Shown here: piece after piece, positions 16,143-25,472 of the stretch
How positions within the stretch are numbered: position 1 is the stretch's first letter
Layout: each line of letters opens with the position of its first letter
NCBI GenBank assembly: GCA_036558325.1
Contig: DATBFU010000085.1
Coordinates: 4,763-68,762, forward strand
DNA: 64,000 nt
DNA from: Thermoanaerobaculia bacterium
Lineage (GTDB): Bacteria; Acidobacteriota; Thermoanaerobaculia; UBA5066; Gp7-AA6
Reading direction: 5' to 3'
The notes under the pieces: model-generated
Database searches by the model: none
What the model was told of the DNA's origin: nothing
Seen by the model: the letters and a program-made list of their open reading frames with translations, nothing else
Program-made: the position numbers and the translations under genes

Positions 16143-17036
16143 TCAGACGGCGGGCTCGTCTCGATCCAGAGAACGTTTGAGTCTCTGTGTCAAAAGGAAG
16201 ACCTCTGGCCGGCTGACCTTGGAGCCCGGACCGTGCTTCTCGATCCGATCCAGGGAGGCCCGGGCCAGAAGGACCGGAAGCGCCGTGAACTCGACCAGCC
16301 CTCGGGGGGCCCGGTTCGCCTGAAGCGCCCCGATGTATTCGCCGGCCGTTTCGAGGTCCCGCCGGGCCAGCGCGAAGACCTCCGATCGCGAAACGGCGGG
16401 CGGCAGATAGGTCCGGCCCTCGGCGGCGTCGCCCGCGGAATCCTTGAGGATGTTGACCAGCTGCAGCGCCTCGCCGAACGAAGCCGCCCGCTCGCGCAGG
16501 AAGGGAGCGATGCCGGCGAGGTCCGGCCGGCCGAGCAGGAAGAGCTCGGTCAGCATCTCGCCGACGATGCCGGCGACGAAGTAACAGTAGCTCTTCAGGT
16601 CGGCGACGTCCTTCAGGACCAGATTGCCGCCCTCCGTTCGTCCCACGTACTCGGCCATGCCTTCCGCGGAGCGTTCGACGTGCCCCCGCACGGGCTCGAC
16701 GGCGTCCGGAGACAGAGCGAAGAAGGACTCGAGCACGTAGGGGACGTCGCACATCAGCTCGCGGTAACCGGCGTGAGGCGTGATCCCCGCGGCAACCCAC
16801 TCCGCGCTCAGACGCTCGGCGTTCGGGCGCGAGTAGTCGCGCAGGAGCATGCGGAACTCTCCGAGCGCGGCGGTCCGCCGGGCGGGGTCCCAATGCGACG
16901 CGTCCTCGAAGGTGTCGGCGATGCGGAAAAGAAGGTACGCGATCATCACCTCGCGCCGGGTCGGCTCCGGCAAGACCGGAATCGAGAGCGCGAACGTGCG
17001 GCTCGTTTTTTCGAGGAGGTCTTCCAGTGACGACAT
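16143..17036 (-). CDS. sqs: Squalene synthase (farnesyl-diphosphate farnesyltransferase, single-enzyme SQS type)
   Basis: The 297-aa protein has an N-terminus, LEKTSRTFALSIPVLPEPTRREVMIAYLLFRIADTFED, resembling the SQS signature KTSRSFA..LR..DT.ED. The second conserved block, YCYFVAGIVGEMLT, is also present. Confidence 0.85.
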   Translation of the reverse strand: MSSLEDLLEKTSRTFALSIPVLPEPTRREVMIAYLLFRIADTFEDASHWDPARRTAALGEFRMLLRDYSRPNAERLSAEWVAAGITPHAGYRELMCDVPYVLESFFALSPDAVEPVRGHVERSAEGMAEYVGRTEGGNLVLKDVADLKSYCYFVAGIVGEMLTELFLLGRPDLAGIAPFLRERAASFGEALQLVNILKDSAGDAAEGRTYLPPAVSRSEVFALARRDLETAGEYIGALQANRAPRGLVEFTALPVLLARASLDRIEKHGPGSKVSRPEVFLLTQRLKRSLDRDEPAV

Positions 17037-17447
17037 CGGAGTGGAGCATAGACGGAACTCGCGTCATTGCCCGAAGGTCCCATCCCGGACGGACCGCGCC
17101 GGGCCCTAGAATTCGGAGCATGCGTCGGCGCTCGGGGGCTGGAAGGTCAACGGAACGATCGACGCGTTCGGCGGATTCGACGATCCGACTCCCCACGACC
17201 GGACAGCAGCCCGCGTTGTCGGGACTTTTCAATTTCTGAGATCGGGGCATCGGGCTATACTTTTTTCGCTTCGCGATCGATCGGGCAATTAACGGGTGGA
17301 GGCTCTGCAGATGAGCGGAGTCGTTGGCGATCGGCGGGGTTCACCGCTTTCGGCGGTTGATTCGACCTGCGCCGTTCCATCGCGCGGGACCTCACCGGGA
17401 CTCGAAGCGCTCGAAACGTTCCAACCCAATCCGATGGAGGACTGCCC

Positions 17448-20400
17448 ATGAGGGAACCTTCCGCGTCGGGATCGTCCGTGAATCGCCGCGACCTCTTCAA
17501 GCTGGGGCTCGGAACCGGCGTCGGGCTCGCGCTCGACGGCCTGATCGACGTGCCCGCCATGCGGGCGGCGACGAAGGATCTGAAACTCTCGGAGATTTCG
17601 GAGTTCACCACGTCGTGCAACTTCTGCTCATGCGGCTGCGGCATGATCGCCGCCGTCCGCAACGGGAAACTGATCTCGATGGAGGGCGACTACGATCACA
17701 TCGTCAGCCGCGGCTCCCTCTGCGTCAAAGGCATCTCGATGTTCGCGACGCACGCCTCGCCGAAGCGGCTGACGAAGCCGCTCTACCGTGCGCCCGGCAG
17801 CGACCACTGGGAAGAGATGGAGTGGAAGGACGCGGCGGAAAAAGTCGCCCGCAAGATCCACAAGATCCGCGGTGAGACCTGGATCGCGAGCGAGAAGCTC
17901 CTCCTCAAGAGCCACGTCGCCAACAAGGACGCGATCGGCAAGGAAGCCACCGCGCCGCCCCCGGAAGCGATGGGCAACGAGGTCCCCGTCAACCGGACGG
18001 ACGCGATCGCCTTCCTCGGCGGCGCGCAGAACACGAACGAGGAGTGCTATCTCTTCCAGAAGGCGACGCGACTCCTCGGGATACCCTGGGTCGAGCACCA
18101 GGCCCGACTTTGACACAGCCCCACGGTCCCCGGTCTGGGGGCCGCGTTCGGTCGCGGGGCGATGACCAACCACTGGGTCGACATGCAGCACGCCAAGACG
18201 ATCCTGGTGGAAGGCAGCAACGTCGCCGAAAATCATCCGATGGCCTTCAAGTGGATCCGGAAGGCCCAGGAGAACGGGGCGAAGATCATCCACGTCGACC
18301 CGCGCTTCACGCGGACGTCGGCGACCGCGGACGTCTACGCGCGGATCCGGCCGGGGACCGACGCCGCCTTCCTGAACACGATGGTCAACCACATCCTCGC
18401 GAACAAGCTGTACGACGAGGACTTCGTCACCACCCACACCAACGCCCTCTTCCTGATCCAGCCCGACTTCGCTTTTCACGACGGCCTCTTCAGCGGGTAT
18501 GACGAGGAGAAGCACGCGTACGACACCAAGAGCTGGGGGTACCAGCTCGACGCCCGGGGAAAGCCGCGCCTGGCCGCGAGCCTGGACGATCCCCACTGCG
18601 TCTTCGCGCATCTGAAGAACTTCGTCTCGCGATACGACCTCGCCACCGGCGGGCGCATCACGGGGATCCCGTCCGCCCAGATCCAGGAGATCGCCGAGAC
18701 GATGGCCAAGAACCGGCCGGGGACCATCCTCTACGCGCTCGGCATGACGCAGCACACCACCGGCGTCCAGGGGATCCGCGCGTTCACGATCCTGCAGCTC
18801 CTCCTCGGCAATCTCGGCAAGCCCGGGAGCGGCGTCAACGCTTTGCGGGGCGAGCCCAACGTGCAGGGCGCCTGCGACATGGGCGTGCTCAACAACTATT
18901 TGCCCGGCTACATGGACTATCCGTCGGCGACGGAGCCCACGCTCGCCGCCTACACGAAGAAGAACGGGACCGGCGACCGCCGATTTCTGATCAACATGCT
19001 CAAGGCGTTCTACGGGGACAATGCGACTCCCGAGAACGACTTCTGTTACGCCTGGCTTCCGAAGAAGAACGCCGCCAAGAACTACGGCACGCTCTCGATC
19101 TTCGAGGACGCCCTCGCGGGAAAGCTGAAGCTGCTCTGGATCGTCGGACAGAACCCCGCCGTCACGACGCCCAACCTCAACATGACATTCGCGGGGCTGG
19201 ACAAGCTCGAAACGCTCGTCATCCACGAGATCTGGGAGACCGAGACGGCGGCGTTCTGGAAACGCCCCGGCGCGGATCCGAAATCCATCCCGACCGAGGT
19301 CTTCCTGCTGCCCGCGGCCTTCTTCATGGAGAAGAACGGAACCATCACGAACTCGGGCGGCCTCATTCAGTGGCGCAACAAGGCGGTCCAGGCTCCCGGA
19401 AAGGCCCTGCCGGACGGCGAGGTCGTCGATTACATCTTCCGCCGCATCCGGGACCTCGTGCACGAGTCCCGCGATCCGAAGGACGATCCCGTCCGGAAGG
19501 CGGCCTGGACGTACCTCTCCGCGGAGGACGTGCTCAAGGAGATGAACGGGTTCGCCCTGAAGGATCTCCCCGAGTCCAACCTCAAGGCGGGCGACCTCAT
19601 CACCAAGGTGGCGGATCTGAAGGCCGACGGTTCGACATCGTCCGGCGCGTGGCTGTACGCGGGAGTCTTCTCCGGCGGCGTGAACCTCTCGAAGCGCCGC
19701 GACTGCGTGACCGACCCGGGAAATCTCGGCATCTACCCGAACTTCGCCTGGACCTGGCCCAACAACATGCGCGTCCTCTACAACCGCGCCTCCTGTGACC
19801 GGCACGGCAAGCCGTATCCGGGGTCGAAGCCCATCGTCTGGTGGGACGAGAAGGCCGGGAAGTGGACCGGCTGGGACCTGCCCGACGTGCCCAAGCTGAC
19901 CGACGGTCCCAACACGCCGAACGGCCAGCGCGCATTCCAGATGAACGCCGAAGGCGTCGGCCGCCTCTTCGCCGCCGTCTACAAGGACCCGGACTTCACC
20001 GTCGATCACCCGGAGCGCGACAGCCCGGATCCCCGGGACGTCGGCTACGTGCCCAAGGACGGCCCCCTGCCCGAGATGTACGAGCCGGTCGAGAGCCCGG
20101 TCGAGAACATCCTCCATCCGAAGGTCCGGACCAACCCGACGCTGAAGTATCCGCGCGTCGCGTCGCTCCGGCCGATCGGCTCGGCGGACAAGTTCCCCTA
20201 CGTGCTCATGACCTCGACCGTCGCCGAGCACTGGTGCGGCGGCTCGACGACCCGCAACATCCCGTGGTTAAACGAGCTCATCCCCGAGCCGGTGGTCGAG
20301 ATTCCGCCGTCGCTCGGAAAGAAGCTCGGAGTCAAGAGCGGGGATCTGGTCACCATCTCCTCGGCGCGCGGCGAGCTCACCGTCAAGGCGCTCGTCACGC

Positions 20401-20624
20401 CGAGAATGAAGCCGCTCCAGGCGGACGGCAAGGAAGTCACGATCGTGTGGATGCCGTACAACTGGGGCTTCCAGGGCCTCTCACCCGGAGCGAGCGTCAA
20501 CCACCTGACGATCGACGCGACCGACCCGGGCGCGGGCACGCAGGAGACCAAGGCCTGCCTCGTCAACGTGGTCAAGGCGCCCGCGTCCGCATCGGATGCC
20601 GGTTCCAAAGGGAGAAGGGCATGA
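17448..20624 (+). CDS. fdnG: Formate dehydrogenase-N-type catalytic subunit, molybdopterin, Tat-exported, selenocysteine-containing (in-frame UGA at 18111-18113)
   Basis: Track ORFs 17448..18113 and 18162..20624 are in the same frame. The sequence across the TGA reads VEHQARL-U-HSPTVPGLGAAFGRGAMTNHWVD, colinear with E. coli FdnG VDNQARV-U-HGPTVASLAPTFGRGAMTNHWVD. There is a twin-arginine signal (SVNRRDLFKLGLG) and an N-terminal 4Fe-4S motif (CNFCSCGCG). Similarity to FdnG continues to the C-terminus. Confidence 0.9.
18111..18150 (+). other. UGA-Sec codon plus candidate bacterial SECIS hairpin
   Basis: The TGA is at 18111-18113. Immediately downstream, GCCCC(18118-18122) can pair with GGGGC(18138-18142), with an inner CGG/CCG helix. 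This is the expected position for a bacterial SECIS. The fold was not computed. Confidence 0.55.
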
Positions 20625-22816
20625 CGTCGCCGAGCGCTTCGACCCCGGTTCCGATCCGAACGACGCTCATCGACATCACCAACTGCATCGGTTGCCGCGC
20701 CTGCCAGGTCGCGTGCAAGCAGTGGAACGACCGCGAGGGCGAGGACACCGAGCTGAACGGCCAGCTCGGCTTCCAGAACCCGGCGACGCTCTCCGCGAAG
20801 ACCTACACGCTCATCTCGTTCCACGAGATGGAGAACCCGGAAAAGCCGAGCGGCGTCGACGCGTCGTACGTCATGCGGCGTTGCTTCCACTGCCTGGAGC
20901 CCGGCTGCGTCTCGGCCTGTCCGACGACGGCGCTCTACCGGCAGCCGGACGGCCCCGTCTCCTACGACGTCGACAAGTGCATCGGCTGCCGCTACTGCAT
21001 GCTGGCGTGCCCGTGGGACGTCCCGACGGCGGAATGGGACAAGCTCGCCCCGAAGATCGAGAAGTGCACTCATTGCGCCGACCGCGCGGACCAGCCGGTC
21101 CCGGTCCGGTTCAACGGCGCCGCGGCGTCCGAATACGAGACGAAGCGATTCGTCGACACGATCATGACGCCCGCCTGCGTGAAGGCCTGCCCCGCCGACG
21201 CGCTGCGCTACGGGACGCGCGACGAGATGCTCGCGCTCGCGAAGAAGCGCCAGGCCGACCGGCCCGAGAGGTATGTCGATCACATCTACGGAGAGAAGGA
21301 GCTCGGCGGCACGAGCGTGCTCTACCTCTCCGGCGTTCCCTTCGAGAACCTCGGCTTCCCGAAATTCGGCGAGAAGCCGTTCCCGCGGTTCACGAGCGCC
21401 GCGCTCGGCGCCGTGCCGCCCGCGGTGATGGCGCTCGGAGCGCTCCTCGGCGCCGCTTACGCCTTCTTCCGGAAGCGGACCCTGGCGGTCGCGGGCGCGC
21501 CGGCGGCGGCGGATGACCACGGCCACCATGTCGAGTTCGAGCGCCTGCCGCTGAAACTGCTGACGCCCTTCAACTGGGTGATGCTGCTGCTCGTGGCGTT
21601 CTGCGGCTTCTCGATGGTGATGCGTTTTGCGCGCGGTCTCGGCGGCAGCACGCACCTGTCCGACACGTATCCCTGGGGGCTCTGGATCGTCTTCGATCTC
21701 GTCTGGATCGCCGTCGCCGCGGGCGCGTTCGCGATGGCCGGGACGATCTACGTCTTTCAGCGAAAAGACCTGTACGGGCTCGGGCGCGCGGCCGTTCTGA
21801 TGGGCCTCCTGAGCTATTCCTTCGTGACCGTCACCCTCGTCGCCGACCTGGGACTGCCGTGGCACTTCTACCAGCTCGGCCTGCAGTCCCCCGAGCACTC
21901 GGCGATGTTCGAGGTCTCCTGGTGCGTCGGGCTCTACGTCACCATCCTGGCCTTCGAGTTCCTGCCGGTCGCCCTCGAGCGCTGGCGCTTCCCGAAGCTC
22001 CTGACGCTCTGGCAGAAGTGGTCGGGCGTCTACGTCGCGTTCGCCGTGACGCTCTTCATCTGGATGATGTCGCGCAACGTCGTCTACGCGATCCTGACGG
22101 CGGTGATCTTCGGGACGCTCGCCTGGGTGTTCCGGGCCCGCGGACGGAGCTTCGAACCGATCCTGCTCGCCATCGCGGCGGTCACGCTGTCCACCATGCA
22201 CCAGAGTTCCCTCGGCTCGCTCTATCTCCTCATGCCGAACATGCTCGCCTCGCCGTGGTGGTCGGCGGTGATGCCGGTCTCGTTCTTCCTGTCGTCGATC
22301 GTGGCGGGCACGGCGCTCGTCATCCTGGTCGAGAACTGGATCGCGAAGGGCTGGCACCGGCCGCTGCCCGTCCGATCGCTGTCGTCGGTCGGCCAGATCA
22401 CGTTCTGGTCTCTCGCCGTCTATCTCGGTTTCCGTCTGGGCGACATGGCGCTGCGCGGCCAGCTGCTGAGCGCCTTCTCCGGACGCCTGGGGCTGGCATT
22501 CGCGGCGGAGATCCTGCTCGGCGGCGTCGTTCCGCTCCTGCTGCTCTCGCGGAAGACTCTTCGCGACCAGCCTCGGACTCTCTTCCTCGCGGCGCTCCTG
22601 GCGGTTCTCGGCGTCGTGTACAACCGGATGAACGTCGTGCTCTTGGCGATGACGTTCCGCGGCCGCATGCCCTGGGGCGCGCCGCACTCCTACATGCCGT
22701 CGATCTTCGAATGGGGCATCTCGATCGGGCTCATCGCCGCGACGGTCTTCCTGTTCGGGCTCGGCGCGCGGCTCCTGCCGGTTCTCGCCAGGCCGGAGGG
22801 CCGCGAGGCGCATTGA
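20621..22816 (+). CDS. Fusion protein: FdnH/HybA-type 4x[4Fe-4S] ferredoxin subunit joined to an NrfD/PsrC/HybB-type integral-membrane quinone-interacting subunit
   Basis: The ATG at 20621 overlaps the fdnG stop as ATGA. Residues about 1-290 carry CIGCRACQVAC, CFHCLEPGCVSAC, CIGCRYCMLAC and CTHC, plus the C-terminal TM helix typical of FdnH (AVPPAVMALGALLGAAYAFF). The same frame then continues with no stop into an NrfD-like domain of about 440 aa (RFARGLGGSTHLSDTYPWGLWIVFDLVWIAVAAGAF..) with many TM segments. The total is 731 aa. Confidence 0.85.
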   Translation: MTSPSASTPVPIRTTLIDITNCIGCRACQVACKQWNDREGEDTELNGQLGFQNPATLSAKTYTLISFHEMENPEKPSGVDASYVMRRCFHCLEPGCVSACPTTALYRQPDGPVSYDVDKCIGCRYCMLACPWDVPTAEWDKLAPKIEKCTHCADRADQPVPVRFNGAAASEYETKRFVDTIMTPACVKACPADALRYGTRDEMLALAKKRQADRPERYVDHIYGEKELGGTSVLYLSGVPFENLGFPKFGEKPFPRFTSAALGAVPPAVMALGALLGAAYAFFRKRTLAVAGAPAAADDHGHHVEFERLPLKLLTPFNWVMLLLVAFCGFSMVMRFARGLGGSTHLSDTYPWGLWIVFDLVWIAVAAGAFAMAGTIYVFQRKDLYGLGRAAVLMGLLSYSFVTVTLVADLGLPWHFYQLGLQSPEHSAMFEVSWCVGLYVTILAFEFLPVALERWRFPKLLTLWQKWSGVYVAFAVTLFIWMMSRNVVYAILTAVIFGTLAWVFRARGRSFEPILLAIAAVTLSTMHQSSLGSLYLLMPNMLASPWWSAVMPVSFFLSSIVAGTALVILVENWIAKGWHRPLPVRSLSSVGQITFWSLAVYLGFRLGDMALRGQLLSAFSGRLGLAFAAEILLGGVVPLLLLSRKTLRDQPRTLFLAALLAVLGVVYNRMNVVLLAMTFRGRMPWGAPHSYMPSIFEWGISIGLIAATVFLFGLGARLLPVLARPEGREAH

Positions 22817-23676
22817 AGCCCTTGACCCGCGCGGGCTGGGTGGAGGCGCACGCCTACCTCCGGCCCGTCGCGAGCCTCTGCGCCGCCGTGGAGGGCGCGG
22901 CGCGCGAGATTCCGATCGCGGGCGCGACCGCGCCCGCCTGGGAAGATTACGACCCCGACTTCCGCGCCGGCGTCCCGCTGCTCGCGAGCGACGCGGCCGC
23001 GATCGACCGCGCGCCGGCCGGCGAGGCGACGGCGGCGCTCGCGGCGACTCTCGCCGAGTCGCTTTCCGGGCCTTTCGCCGAGGACGCGCTGGTCCTGGAT
23101 GAGACGCTGCGCCGTTTGCGCCCCGGCGCGGGGCGGATCGTCGACTGGCTCCTCGGAGAGGACGACCTCGCGCCGCCGGCTCCCGGGCTCTTGCGGTACC
23201 TCGGGTGGACCGCGACGTCCCGGTATCTCGCGCCGGTGGTCGAGGCCTTCGACCGGCGGCGCAACGACGAGCTCTGGCTGCGGCGCTATTGCCCGACCTG
23301 CGCGTCGCCGCCCGCCATGGCGCAGCTGCTCGGCACGGACCCTGGACGCAAGCGGCTGCTCGCGTGCGGCGGCTGCCGCACCCGCTGGCAGTTCCCGCGC
23401 ACGAAGTGCCCGTTCTGCGAGAACGACTCGCAGAAGCTGTCCGTCGTCACCGTCGAGGGCGAGGCAGGCCTGCGCATCGACTTCTGCGAACCGTGCGGCG
23501 GGTACCTCAAGACGTACGACGGCCAGGGAAACGAGGCGCTTCTGCTCTCCGACTGGAGCTCGCTCCATCTCGATCTCATCGCGCACGACCGCGGGCTGAA
23601 GCGGCGCGCCGCCTCGCTCTTCGCGCTCGACTGGGCCGCGGGACCCGACGCCGGGAACGCCCCGGCGGACGGCTAG
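22813..23676 (+). CDS. fdhE: Formate dehydrogenase accessory protein FdhE
   Basis: This is the C-terminal 287 codons of ORF 21859..23676. The TTG start at 22813 overlaps the upstream stop as TTGA. There are four CxxC pairs (CPTC, CGGC, CPFC, CEPC) spaced as in FdhE. Confidence 0.85.
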   Translation: MKPLTRAGWVEAHAYLRPVASLCAAVEGAAREIPIAGATAPAWEDYDPDFRAGVPLLASDAAAIDRAPAGEATAALAATLAESLSGPFAEDALVLDETLRRLRPGAGRIVDWLLGEDDLAPPAPGLLRYLGWTATSRYLAPVVEAFDRRRNDELWLRRYCPTCASPPAMAQLLGTDPGRKRLLACGGCRTRWQFPRTKCPFCENDSQKLSVVTVEGEAGLRIDFCEPCGGYLKTYDGQGNEALLLSDWSSLHLDLIAHDRGLKRRAASLFALDWAAGPDAGNAPADG

Positions 23677-24380
23677 GGCAGGTCCGCGTCGAGGAGCGTC
23701 CGCAGGAACTCCGCGAGGATCGCGACGGCCGCCCCGACCCGCCGGCGCATCCGCCAGAGCGCCGGGATCGTGGACGGGTGGACGAGCGCTCTCCGCACGA
23801 CCGCGGCGCGCCGGATGCCGCCGTCTTCTCCGACGCAGTCGACGAGATAGGCCGGCAGGTCTTCGTCGAAGCGATCGCTGATCGCGCGCACCGTGAGAAA
23901 CGGGATGCCGCGGGCCGCGGCCGCGCGGCTCCAGCCCGCCGACTCCATGTCCACGGCCGCGGGATCGTCGCCGCGAATGTTCACCCCGATCCTGCGCGCG
24001 AGCTCCGCCTTGGCGGACGCGGCCACCACCGGCCGCGAGACGGTCACGATCGTCGCCCCGGCGGCGCCCGCCGCCATCGCGCGCGCCAGAAGCGTCTCAT
24101 CGGGCCGCGGCGCCTCGCCGGAATCCCCGACGATCCGCCGCGAGGCCACCAGACTGCCCGCGGCGAGCCGCGGGGAGAGCCCGCCCGCGACCCCGGCGCC
24201 GATCAAGGCCGCGGGCCGGACCGCGTCGCAGAGCGCACCGGCGCCGCGCTCGGCGTTTTTCGGGCCGTCGCCGGAAGAGGCCACGGCGAGACCGTCGCGC
24301 GCGAGAATGCCGATCGCGTCGAGCTCCTCGGGAAGAGCCGTCACGATCGCGACCGGGCGGCGCTCAGGCCGCCCGGACAT
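23673..24380 (-). CDS. hpnG: Hopanoid-associated phosphorylase/nucleosidase (PNP/UDP-1 fold)
   Basis: The 235-aa protein has a PNP_UDP_1-like core (VAIVTALPEELD.., GAGVAGGL, AVDMESAG, TVRAISD). It lies directly downstream of hpnA-hpnH-shc, overlapping hpnA by 17 nt. Confidence 0.8.
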   Translation of the reverse strand: MSGRPERRPVAIVTALPEELDAIGILARDGLAVASSGDGPKNAERGAGALCDAVRPAALIGAGVAGGLSPRLAAGSLVASRRIVGDSGEAPRPDETLLARAMAAGAAGATIVTVSRPVVAASAKAELARRIGVNIRGDDPAAVDMESAGWSRAAAARGIPFLTVRAISDRFDEDLPAYLVDCVGEDGGIRRAAVVRRALVHPSTIPALWRMRRRVGAAVAILAEFLRTLLDADLP

Positions 24381-25353
24381 ATCCGTTCTCGCGAAACCAG
24401 GCGACGGCGCGCGCGAGCGCCTCCTCGACGGGCGTCTGCGGCAGGCCGAGCTCGCGCACCGCCTTCGAGGCGTCGAAGAACATGCGGTGAAGCGACATGC
24501 GCACGCTCTCGAGCGAGACGCGCGGCGGCCGGCCGGTCACCCGCGCCGCCCAGGTGGCCGCCGCCGCGGCCGCGAGCGGCACGGCGTGCGGCAGTCGAAG
24601 GCGCGGCGCCGGAAGATTCGTCAGGCGCGCCAGCGTCTCGAGGATCTCCTTCAGCGTCATATTGCGGTTGCCGAGGATGTACCTCTCGCCGACGCGCCCC
24701 TTCTCGGCGGCGAGAACATGACCCTCGGCCACGTCGCGTACGTCCACGAGGTTCAATCCCGTATCGACGTAGGCCGGCAGGCGGCGGTTCAGGAAATCCA
24801 CGATCATCTGTCCCGTGGGGGTGGGCTTCACGTCCCGCTCGCCGACCGGCGTCGACGGGTTCACGATGACGATGGGAAGCCCGCGCGCCGCCCAGGCCTC
24901 CGCCACGCGCTCGGCGTCGAACTTGCTCTTCTTGTAGTTGCCCACGACTTGGGCGCGCGATACCGGCGTGGTCTCGTCGGCGGCCGATCCGTCGGCGGTG
25001 AGGCCGAGCGCGCCGACCGAGCTCGTGTACACGACCCGCGCGACTCCGGCGGCGGCGGCGGCCGAAAGCACGTTTTCCGTGCCCTCGACGTTCGCCCGAT
25101 GGAGCTCGCCCGGGTCGCGCGCCCAGAGCCGGTAGTCCGCCGCGCAATGGTAGAGGGTCGAGGCGCCCGCGATCGCGCGCGTGAGGGAGGCGGGATCCGT
25201 CAGGTCTCCCTGCGCGATCTCGACCTTCAGGCCCTCGAGATTGGCGAGCCTGCTCCGGGGCCGCACGAGGCACCGGACCACCCGGCCTCGGGCGAGCAGG
25301 GCGCGGACCACGTGCGCCCCGACGAAGCCCGTGCCGCCTGTAACGAGGTCCAC
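24364..25353 (-). CDS. hpnA: Hopanoid-associated NAD-dependent sugar epimerase/reductase family protein
   Basis: It has a Rossmann N-terminus (MDLVTGGTGFVGAHVV) and the catalytic YxxxK (YKKSKFDAE). The assignment also uses the context between hpnH and hpnG. Confidence 0.85.
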   Translation of the reverse strand: MDLVTGGTGFVGAHVVRALLARGRVVRCLVRPRSRLANLEGLKVEIAQGDLTDPASLTRAIAGASTLYHCAADYRLWARDPGELHRANVEGTENVLSAAAAAGVARVVYTSSVGALGLTADGSAADETTPVSRAQVVGNYKKSKFDAERVAEAWAARGLPIVIVNPSTPVGERDVKPTPTGQMIVDFLNRRLPAYVDTGLNLVDVRDVAEGHVLAAEKGRVGERYILGNRNMTLKEILETLARLTNLPAPRLRLPHAVPLAAAAAATWAARVTGRPPRVSLESVRMSLHRMFFDASKAVRELGLPQTPVEEALARAVAWFRENGYVRAA

Positions 25354-25472
25354 GCGATCAGCTTACTTCCGCCGGCGTGCGCCCCCCATTTTGAAAACTC
25401 CGGCCGCCCGGCCGCGAAAGGACCGCCGGCGACCGCACCGCGAGGGAAGGCCCGAGAACGACTCGCTGCGGC

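Noticed and set aside
17037-17447. A possible tRNA or tRNA-Sec gene in the long spacer upstream of fdnG (for example around ggttgattcgacc .. gccgttcca, 17340-17390).
   Set aside because: I could not build a cloverleaf. There is no acceptor-stem complementarity, the T-loop-like string deviates from GTTCRANYC in a paired context, and no anticodon stem flanks a TCA. This needs tRNAscan or Rfam to be certain.
17448-20624. The formate dehydrogenase large subunit interpreted as two separate genes or as a pseudogene broken by a stop at 18111.
   Set aside because: Both parts share one frame, and the TGA aligns exactly with the selenocysteine position of FdnG-type enzymes. A stem-loop follows it. Sec recoding is the better explanation.
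9534-23676. The Mtr-type and FDH modules interpreted as horizontally acquired genomic islands.
   Set aside because: No integrase, transposase, tRNA target, flanking direct repeats or obvious compositional break is visible by eye. Without computed composition profiles or comparative genomes the claim cannot be supported.
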